Source of the DNA: Azolla caroliniana
Lineage: Eukaryota > Plantae > Polypodiophyta
DNA: 64,000 bases
Reading direction: 5' to 3'
Assembly: GCA_043228905.1 (NCBI GenBank)
Contig: JBHGNT010000004.1
Span: 9,052,001-9,116,000, forward strand
Shown here: in pieces, positions 23,101 through 33,500 of the stretch
Position numbering within the stretch: position 1 is the stretch's first letter
Layout: every line of letters starts with the position of its first letter
Translations under genes and position numbers: made by a program
Notes under the pieces: generated by a model
Seen by the model: only the letters and a program-made list of their open reading frames with translations
What the model was told of the DNA's origin: nothing
Database searches by the model: none

Positions 23101-25188
23101 CCAAACATGTGATAGGTTCGGCTTCTTTCCGAAAAACTTCTCGTGAGGCGTGAGGTCATGCACGCCGGATGTCATACACCAATTCATGAGGTATACGGTC
23201 GTGTTAGCTGCTTCTGCCTAGTACGACTTCGGCATGTGCTTTTTGTTAAGCATAGCCCGTGCCACTTCGAGGATGTGCCATTTCTTGCGTTCGGCCACTC
23301 CGTTTTGTTGTGGCGTATGTCGACATGAAAACTCTCGCCGTATTCCTTCTTTGTGTAGAAACGTTGAAAATTCATCAGAGAAGTACTCCTTGCCTCCATC
23401 CGACCGAAGACATCGTACATATCAGCCCGTGGCTTTCTCGACTTCATTCTTAAATTTTTGGAAGTGTCCGAACACTTCGCTCTTTTGCCGCATCGGGTAG
23501 ATCCAAGTGTGCCTAGAGAAGTCGCCGATGAAGGTCATGTAGTATCGGCATCCGCCGAATGTCGCCGTTTGAGCCGCACCCCATACATCGGAATGAATTA
23601 CGTCGAGTACGCCTTTGCTCACGTTCCGCTCCTTTGGAAATGGGTGCCGATGTTGCTTGCCGAATTGGCAAGCGGCACACACGCCTTCAATCTCTTTCTC
23701 CGTGAATGTCGGGAGCCTAATGATGACTCCTTTCGATTGCATTGCCTTGAGCTTTTGGAGGTTGATATGGCCAATCTACTTGTGCCATAACTCTATGTCA
23801 GAATCAGCTTTCATGCCCTTTGCGAACATGGCCAATTTCATCTCGTGTGAGTCGAGAATGAACATTCGGCCCTCTCTTCATCCGCGCAGGATGAGTCGGC
23901 CCTCTTTTTCGATGAAGCAACCGCCTTGATTAAATCGTACTTGCATTCCTTGCTCTACAATTTGGCCAACAAAGACCAAAATCTTCGTGATAGTTGGTAC
24001 ATGCAAGACATTTTTAATATAAGTTTGCTTACCTTCTTCTCCGAACAGAACATTGTCGATGTGCCGAATCAGGTGCATAGTATCATCTCCAGTTTCGACA
24101 TAACCGGGTCGGTCCGGCTCTCGAAGTTCTCAGAACCATTCTTGATGCGATGTCATATGGTTCGAGGCACCAAAATCGACGAACCATATGTCTTCTGGAC
24201 CGGAGGCATTAGTAGAGGTAGAGGCCGACATAGAATTCGCTCTTGTCTCATCACGAACATTGCGCCACGATCGTCATAGTCGGAGTTGATGGCGTAGTTG
24301 GTGAGTTGTCGGCTAGTGGAAGCCGACTCGCGTATCTTCTTACGGCATTCTTCTTCGTGGTGGCCGTTTCCCGCAATATCTGCATTCGATTGAGGTTTGT
24401 CGACTCAGATCGGAATGGTGGCTCCCCCTTCTTCCGAAGGTTCCCCGATGGCCTCCATCTTGTTGCCGTAATTGAGAGTTGTTTTTGTAAATCGGGCCTC
24501 GTCCGCCTCGTCCGACATGTCCTTGGCTGAATCGGCCTCTTCTTGCATGGCCGCGTCCTCTTCCTCCGTCCGAATGCGTGTAGAGCATTTGGCCTTTCAA
24601 GGCATTGTTCCTTGTTCGAACACTATTCTCTTCGACCAACAACATGGATTGAAGATTGAAGAAGGAGGGCGGATTCTCCCGTGCTAGTACGACGGTCCTC
24701 ATCGCGCCGAATCGTGGTGCAAGGCCGCCGAGGCATATTTGCACCATCTCATTATCGTCCACATTGACGCTTATCGAGCCAAGCGAGTCGCAAAGCTCCT
24801 TGATCTTCAAGGTGTAGCTTGTGATGGACATATCTCTTTGTTGGATGTTGTTCAACTCTTGGCGGAGTTGAAGCTTTCTCGTAGTTGTGTTGGCAGTGAA
24901 AATCTTTCGTAGATTCTCCCACGCTTCCTTCGGCGTCTTGGCTTCTTGAATGTACCCAAGCATGTGGTTGTGAACACATGTCGCCAAGCAATACATTGCT
25001 CGGCTTGCCGCCTGCTCCCACGTTGCATAGTCGACATCTTCCGGGTTGGGCCGATTTTCTTGTGCTCCTTTGATGTAGCTCCAATAGCCTTGGCCGACAA
25101 GGTATTGGTGCATCTTGTACTCCCAAGATGCAAAGTTGTTGCGATCCAACTTCTCACTAGGGAGAGCGCTCCCCATTTGAGTATTCAT
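20193..25188 (-). pseudogene. gag-pol remnant of D2
   Basis: Gag MNTQMGSALPSEKLD; IN CAACQFGKQH and VIHSDVWG; RT QMDVKNA and [11 protein letters not shown]; RNase H YTDADWA and KHIEVYYHF. Frameshifted and split by solo LTR H. Confidence 0.9.
21287..21910 (-). mobile_element. Solo LTR (family H) inserted in the YVDD codons of D2 RT
   Basis: TGTCGAG...CACGACA ends; 4-bp TSD ACGT at 21283-21286 and 21911-21914; TATA-like CCTATAAAAG on the minus strand at ~21755. Confidence 0.88.
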
Positions 25189-25350
25189 TGTCGATGTAGA
25201 TTTCTTCCTTCTTTTTCTCTCAAACACAAGCGATGTAGTCGCACTACAATAGCGATGAGCCGGTTCTTCTTGAACGTCAACGTAGAGCACAACACACAAT
25301 CACGATGAGGCGAGTGGGCTAGATCGAGCAACCAAATCGCTCTGATACCA

Positions 25351-25778
25351 TGTAAATAATCAATGGTGATTCTTGTGTAGCGGAAGAGATGTGTGTTATG
25401 TGTATGTGTGAGAGGAAAGAGGAGAGGAGAGAAACACAAGATGGATAAGAGACCAAATGAAGTACTCAAGAAGAAGGAGATGTATCTTAACAAGGAGAAT
25501 ATGATAAATGAAAATGTAGCATTACAAGGAGTCACAACCAACTTAGTATGAAATATGAGGAGGGTGCTTTATATAGAGTCACCCTCTCTCTTCATTAACT
25601 TACAACCACTCTCTCTCTTAGGGAATATGTAACTCATTAGTTATGTGTCATAGAATATGATTCTATGACACATAGTTAATGTGTAGAGAGTAGTGGTGGG
25701 ACTCTTGACCTTTGAGTAATCATAGATTCTCAAAAGGTGTGTTCACACATTGTGCTATGTTGAGCTTGATTCTCAACA
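25351..25778 (-). repeat. 5' LTR of D2
   Basis: Adjacent to the PBS; repeat of 19762-20192. Confidence 0.95.
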
Positions 25779-26072
25779 CAACTAAAGGCCAACCAGACGA
25801 GAAGGCAACGGAAGTCGACACCGACACGGAGGAATCAATGGATCGACAAGCGTCAGAGTCATAGCAGCGAAGGAGCTGAAATTGGCCTATTGAGCAGACA
25901 AACTGACCGAAGACATCGAGGTGCGCAGAACCAGAAGGGTCGCAGCAAACATGACCGGATTGGACGAGGAGTGCGAGCAAGGCGGAGCAACGCCAAAAGG
26001 AGCCGAGTAGAACAACCAATAGCCACGAACACTAACACCACGATCCGACCTAAAGTTGAGCTTGAGGGGGAA

Positions 26073-26494
26073 TGTTGAACGACCAAGCTCAACCAGATCC
26101 GGATCGGCTGAATAAGCCTGAGCCGGATCGGTATCCGGAAACAATCGGCTGGATCGGAGAGCCGGATTCAAGCGGGAACCAAAAGCCTAGTAGTAGCCTA
26201 GACTACTAGGTAATCATTGTCTCGTAGTTAGTGTCAGTCGCACGTAGGAATATTGAAGTACCTGTCAATACTTTTGTTAGTCCTTTATGGACTTTGTATA
26301 AATAGTGATGTTATAGCACATTGTATGCACAGAGTTTTAGAGTCATTTTTAATCTATGTTTACGTTCTGCTCTCTCTGTCTCTCCCGCGTATACTCTCTG
26401 TGTATTAAGCTTCTCCATTAAACCTTCATCCTATTCTCTGTTGCTATCCGGTTGAACCGGTTCTGTCTAACGCTTCCACATGTTAACATTTACA
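26073..26494 (+). repeat. 3' LTR of E
   Basis: Matches 8294-8441 + 15263-15560; follows the PPT; followed by TSD AGGAA. Confidence 0.93.
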
Positions 26495-27150
26495 AGGAAT
26501 TGAATGAATGGACAATAAATAGCCCTTAAATTTATTGTCTTGATGGTGTTTAGAAGCACCACTTTTTATTATTATATTAAACTAACCACACAAAGGGGCA
26601 CACTCGAAATAAAAAACGAGAGAGTTTGTGAAGGACAAAGGAGAAGTAGGCAAAACATGAACATGAGACAAGTCACAATAGTGAGAACTAGACCTCTAGA
26701 CCTTAGGCCACGAGAAGAAGCCCTTTAGGCAGGAAAGACAAGAAGCCCCGATAGATGTGAAAGTAATTAAAGAGGGCCCTCCTCCCTCACATGCCAGAAG
26801 AGTCATAACATAACTTGACAAATGCAGACACAACACACAAGTACCGCGGGGTCTTCACGAGTTTCAAAGGGCTCTCATTTGCCACACAGACTAGCAGGAT
26901 GCCAACAAAGGTCGATGGGGGCTCGGACATGAAATCGAGGAGGCTGGCTGGCTGTATGAAGACAAGACCCGATGAGATAAGGCTAGGTAGGCATGTAATG
27001 GGCATGGCGGGTCATCCATGCATACATGCATGCATATGCCATGAGCTCTCCCATGCCATGCCATGGAACGAAGAGGACACAAAGAAAGAAAGAAAGAAAG
27101 GTTATGGTCCGGAGACACATAGAAGACACAAAAAGAGTAATTAGAATTTA

Positions 27151-27199
27151 GAACAGAGCAGAACAGAGCAGAGCAGAACAGAACAGAAGAGAACAGAAC

Positions 27200-27236
<37 letters not shown>
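27151..27236. repeat. Compound microsatellite (CAGAR)n + (GA)n
   Basis: Directly visible. Confidence 0.9.
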
Positions 27237-27241
<5 letters not shown>

Positions 27242-27519
27242 ATTGAAGGAATGATGGGGAATGGTGCAGAGAGATTTTTGGCGCCAAAACATGGTGGGGG
27301 CATGGCAATGGCCGTGGAATTATGACGTTGATGATGGCCATGGATTGAATCCACAGACAGAGTATGTATGTAGTTTTCTGTTACCCACTACTTCTCTACT
27401 TCTGCGACGATGATTCCTTCTGATCTTTCTTCTTCTATTTGATCGTCTCTCAGACTCTCTTTGCTTCTTTCTCTTTTCGTCTGTCGTCATTCTTGCATCG
27501 CAGCACAGCACAGCAAGCC

Positions 27520-30500
27520 ATGAGTGGCTCTGCCTCGCGACCTAAAACAAGAAAACAACGAAATACTTCCGAAGATCCCGAGACCTCCATCCTCAGGTGC
27601 GCACGATCTGTTTGAACCTTCTCTCTCTATTTCTTTTCACATTCTTTTCTTTTCTGCATCTGTTTTTTTTAGGGATTTCCAATTTGCAACAGTGCTTCAT
27701 CTCAAATTTTGTCTTGCTTTCAATCATGCTCTTGTATACATGCTCCTCTGTTTAAACTCGATTGACTATGTATGTTTTGTCAAAACTAGAGTTTTTACTA
27801 CCTTTCAGGGTTTGGCGTTTGCATTATTTCTTACCTGCCTATCTCGATTAGTTTTTAGGGCTTTCTAAATCAGAGAATTACTGTTCTTTGTTTGAGCTTT
27901 CAACCCTGATTATATACATGCTCTTTTGTTCATTTGATTGCGTTCAGTGTTCTATTTTATCTTGTTGCCATGGTTAGAGTCCTTGTCTATCTTGATATGT
28001 ATTTTAGGGTTTCTAGATTAATGTATTACATCACTTCTGATTGAAATACACATGCTCCCTTTATTTAGTTGATTTACACTTATTTTCACAGCTATATGTA
28101 TATTTTTTATTAGGTTTTTGAATCTAAAAATGCCTCCACATTTCTCGCCTGGTTTGTTTTTCAGGGTTTCCTATTGGAGCATGGTTTACTTAACTTTGTT
28201 TTTGCTTTCAATCCTCATTGCTCTCTGTTTAATCTGATTGATTGTCCTCATTGTCACAACTAGGAATTTATTCTTATTGTAGGATTTTATTTTTCCTGTA
28301 TATCTTGGGTGATTTCTTTTTCAGAGTTTTCAAACTGATGCATTACTTTTCTCATACCGAGTTACTACTTCATTGTTTGTTTCAATCTGGATTGTATATA
28401 GGTTACTGTTGCTGCTATTATATTTTTCTTTCCTATGTATTTGATTGATTGATTTATAATCACAATTTTAGTTTGTTAAAGAGTTTGCATTAATCTTAGA
28501 CATACTGAGCCACTACTTTTTCTTTCAGTTTCTTATCACATTTGTAGATTTTTTTTATTGTTTGCTTTAACCTTCGATATACTGGATCATTACTTTTTTT
28601 TTGTTTCAACGCCCCTTGTCTACATGCATCCATATTCGTTTGATTTGATTGTGATAATTTAGTTATTGTGAGAGATTCTTAATTATTGTGTGTCTCCATA
28701 CCTCTTGCTTACCTATCTAATCCAAACTGATGCATCACTTTCCACATGCTGAGTTACTAATTTTTGCGTCCAATCTTGATTGTATATGTCTCTCTTTATT
28801 TTACTTGGTGACTTGCTCTTAGTCGCAATCAGAGGCGCCTTTGTTAGAGTTGTTTTTGCATCTGTACTGGTTATCTTAATTCATTTCTTCTTTGATTGGT
28901 TGTTTAAGATTTTCTAAATCGATGAACTACTTTCCATTACTTTTTTTAGGTTTGAATCCTGATTGCGTAAATGATCCTCTGTTTATATTTTTTTCTTGAT
29001 TTGGTTTCTAGTCGCAACCAGAGATGACTTATCGGGATTGTATCTGCACAGTCCTTGCTAAAACTGTTTCATCCCTTTATTGAAAGTGTTATTCTTGGTG
29101 GTACAGAACAATTGATGAGAAGAATGAAGTTGGCTGTGCTGAAATTGTAGAGCTGTATCGCATTAACAAGCCTGCTTGTCAAGGTTGCCGTATAAATAAT
29201 AAGGAATCTCCAAACTGCTTTTGCGCACTCATTCCTCCTCCTGGAGGCTTTAGAAAGACTGGAAATATTTGGCAAAGGTTGTCAGACATAGAGGCAAGGA
29301 TTGGTTGTGACCCGCAAGAATTGCTTCGTCCTAACCTCAATTCACCTTCGGGTTTAACAAATCTAGGAGCAACTTGCTATGTAAATAGTGTCTTGCAGTG
29401 CTTGTATAGAATTAAGCCCTTTATTCAGGGATTTCTCGCAGCGTTACCAGAGGCACTGGATGATCAACCTGTGCTCCAAAAACTAGCTCTTCTTTTTGGT
29501 GAGCTTCGTTATGGGAAAAAGAAAGCTGTAGATTCTGCTCCATTAGCAAACGTACTGGAGCTAAATAACTCAATTCAACAAGATGGTCAAGAGTTCTTGA
29601 AGCTACTTTTGTCTTCATTGGAAAGTTTGTTGGGGAAAGTGAGGAAAGTAATCAGAGAAGTTTTTCGAGGAACAGTTTCACATGTGACCAGGTGTGTTAG
29701 TGATGTTTTTGTTGTTGGTGCTGTATGAATTTATTGCTTGCTTCTTCTGATTATTCAAGCTTAAATGAATATTGCATTGTTTGTAAAGTTCATTCTGGCT
29801 TGCATATGATGTTCAAATACAACCATGATTTTTCTGGATAAGTCAGAGTTCAATATGTTGATCCTTTGTCTCCTCTCTGTGGATACATGTTTTTATTGAA
29901 TAAAGCTTTAGGCTATACAAGGATATACTAAAAACAAGTTTATTGTTCTTGATTGAAGGTGCTTAAAATGTGGGCAAGACTCTACAGCATCAAACCAACT
30001 TGTGGATTTTTATGAGTTGGAGTTAAATGTGAAAGGATTGCCAACATTAGAAGCAAGTCTTGATGATTATCTTAGCATAGAACATTTGGCTGGAGATAAT
30101 CAATTCTTTTGTGAATCCTGTAATGCTAGGGTGGATGCAACACATTGCAGCAAACTAAGATCTCTTCCACCGGTATTGAATTTCCAACTCAAAAGATTTG
30201 TATACGATGCCAAGGTGCACTCCATTCCTTCTTTATGGCATGCAAAATTGTCTGGTGTTAAAGTTAGTGTGAAGTTATTGACTGTTTTGTGGTTTTTTCC
30301 AGTCTGCAGGGAAGAAGAAGGTGAGCTCAAAATTCAGTTTTCCAGAAACTCTTGACATGAGTTCACGATTAAGTGTTGACAAATCAAATGGTATACATTA
30401 TGCCACACCAATGGTTTATGAAGTATTAGCCCTCCTTATTCACAGAGGAAGTACAGCAGATAGTGGGCATTATGTAGCAAACATCAAAGATGATATCACG

Positions 30501-33500
30501 GGAGAATGGTGGGAGTTTGATGATGAACTTGTAACAAGTTTAGGATCTTCCCCTTTTAGAGAACTGTCTGTATTTCCCTCTAAAAAGGAGATCCCTAGCA
30601 AAGAAAATCGTGCACAAGATGAAGCATCCTCTTCAGAGAATCGTCTGACATCAGCAGATGTGTACACGTTGATATACAACCTTCGGAATTCATCCCAAAC
30701 AGTATCTCATTCTAGTGATGATTTATTTTGTCTGCCTCATGCCTTGCAGTGTAAAATAGACAGTCAAAATAAAGAGCTAGAGGATAGTTGTGCGGCATAT
30801 AAGGTAAGAATCAATGCTGAGCTTTCATCTAGAGCAGAGCGGAAGTCGGAAATAAAAACCATTTTATCCTATATTTCGGTTGCAACTGATGAAAGATTCT
30901 TCTGGATATCAAATAATTGGCTTCGAACATGGGCTGATGAACTTGAACCACCGTAAGAAACCAAATTATTTGATCTAGTTTATGAGCTATTTTATAAAGA
31001 GGACATATTTTATGACGTTGTAACCAATGATTGATCATAAACCTGCATTTTGCTTTTGTAGTCCGATTGATAATACTGAGTTATTGTGTAAACATGCGAA
31101 TGTACCTCCAAACAAAGTCAACTCAATGAAGCGCATCTCTGAAGTAGCATGGGCCAACTTACTATCTAAGGTATGCTCGTGAAAGAATCTATTGCCTAGT
31201 CACATTGGCTCTGTTTTTAGAAACAATTAATGTTAAGATAAAGAATGAGAGAAGTGATTCATTTTTACAGGTTACACTTAGAGTTGTAAGTTGGATATGC
31301 TGTCACTGTTATTAATTTTTACAGGTTACACTTCAAGTTGTAACTTGGATATACTGACTCTGTTTATCCTAACCCATATGATTCCTCATATAATACTAAT
31401 AGAAGCCTTGGTGAGATTCAGATTGTACTACTGTGGGGAGGGAGAAATTAAATGGAAATATTAATATCTTCAAATTGCCAAAGACCTATGAGATCAACAG
31501 TCACGTCACATCCATGCGAATCTTATAGAATGTCTGGTAAAGAATTCAAATAGAGAGGGAGATGAAGGTTGTAGGACTTGGATCTAATATTGCAAACACT
31601 TTTTCTTCTTCAGTAGATGGAGAATAGTAGAGGTTAATGGGTTGTAAATAAAATATCAGTGTCTTGAAATGAATATCCAAATATCTAGGATACCAAAAGC
31701 TACGTCCGTGTGAGTCTTATAGAATGTCTGGTAAAGAAAGAAAGAAAGATATATTAACGTCTTTTAATTGCAATGATGCAAGTTAATTTATGAAAAATGG
31801 GCAGCAAGCTAAAACTTTGCTGATCCAAGGTAGTTTGTTGTTGAAGAAAATGGTGGCAATGGGAATTGGGCAAAGAAGATTGAAGGGAAATAGGAAGTAG
31901 CAACGAAGAAAAAACTGGAAGGGAGGAATGTATGCTGGCGCTGATCATCTCATTGTGCTCTCCATTAATGCTGAAATAAACAGCATCCAATTGGCATCTC
32001 TATGACCTTCTCAATTCTTAGGCGATGCGGTCAATTTTGTTGCAGTCTTTGCATAGAATTATCAAAGAGATATTTCTGTATTTTCTTTATTCATATACAA
32101 AATTTAGACGTATTACTCAGAAGGCCCCATGTGGTAACCATTTTATTCCACAAGTGATTATGAGATGAGAAAAGGGAACAAAAATGCAGCCTTGTTTACA
32201 TATACTTAAAAGACATGAAATTAGAGGATTCTGAATTGGTTTCTTTAATGATACACACAAATTTGTTTATGTATTTTAAGCTACTAAGTGATATGCTTTT
32301 CCGAATGTTCTCTTTCTTTTATTCAGTATGGGGGTGGACCAGAACTTTGTGCTGAAAGTTGTTGCATTGACTGTGTTATTGATTATGCAAAAAGCATCAC
32401 ATCAGCAGGCTGTTTCAAGAATGAAAGGATGAAAATTAGGAGAATACTTGATGATAGTGGTGGTTCCTCTAGATTGATGAGGGAATTCTACATTTCCAAG
32501 ACATGGTATCATCGTTGGATGTGTTCTGGATATGAAGAATGTAAATCTTTTGGGTCTAAATTCTAATAATTTTGAAAATTTGCATTCAAGGCTCCAAAAC
32601 TGGTTGCGCCGTAAAGCAGCAGAAGCTCCCACAGATGTTGATGCAAATCCTAATGCTGCCATTACATGTCCCCACAAGGCTTTACTTCCTGAGACTTTAA
32701 CAGGTGCAAAACGCCAGGTTGTATCGGAGGAAGTTTGGCAATATTTTCTCCAGATAGCATTACAACTCAATGGAAATGTGGATGATGGATGTATGAGTTT
32801 CCCAGTTGGTACTGCCACATGTTCAATATGTGATGCAGAAATATCAGAGGCTGCATCCCAGCAACAAAATCTCAGGTCTATACTTCATCCAAACTCAAAG
32901 AGAATGTTACGTTCTTTTTGATATTTCCCTTGTGTTTAAATTTCTTTTTGACAGATTGAATCTGAATTCGCTTATACTAAATTAACTTGTCTTAATGCAA
33001 TTCTATGTTTTTTTACAAATAATTTTGCACGTACATGTCAGCATGACTTTGATGTGGATTAAGGTAGCAAGCCTGTCAGTGTGATGGGTTGTGTTTAGAT
33101 CTCTATCTAAGAGAAGGAAAATTGATTTTTCAGGGCAATTAAGATGGAGGAGAGGCAGAAGCATGAGCTGCTTTTTTCAGGAGAGAGCATTATACTAAGT
33201 CCTGGGGTTACATATTATTTGGTTCCAACTGTATGGCTACACCATTGGCGATCATATTTGGGGGAAACCACCAAGAAGTCACAAAAGGTTGATGAACCGA
33301 TTGGGCTAGAGGAGTGCTTGCAGGATATTCTTTGCCAGAAGGTTTGTAGATAATCAGTGAATTCATACATAATTCACCTGGGCAAAAGTTTTGAAACAGG
33401 GTATTATCATTTTCTAATTTACCTTTCTTATATTAATAATGTGATGTCTTTGCAGCACGGAGGGCTTCTTTTTAGACCACCAAAGTTGGAGAGGAATCGA

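Larger units (their letters stand above)
19762..25778 (-). mobile_element. Full-length degenerate Ty1/copia element D2, nested in the 3' region of E
   Basis: LTRs 25351-25778 (5') and 19762-20192 (3'). PBS 25350-25339; PPT next to 20193. Near-TSD CAACC (19757-19761) / CAACT (25779-25783). Confidence 0.93.
8294..26494 (+). mobile_element. Full-length degenerate Ty1/copia element E, host of nested elements B and D2
   Basis: TSD AGGAA at 8289-8293 and 26495-26499. 5' LTR 8294-8441 + 15263-15560 (split by B). PBS TGGTATCAGAG at 15561. PPT TTGAGGGGGAA, then 3' LTR 26073-26494. Confidence 0.93.

Noticed and set aside
26826-26872. Minus-strand TTTGAAACTCGTGAAGACCCC resembling tasiR-ARF (TAS3)
   Set aside because: Several mismatches plus a gap, and no flanking miR390-like sites were seen.
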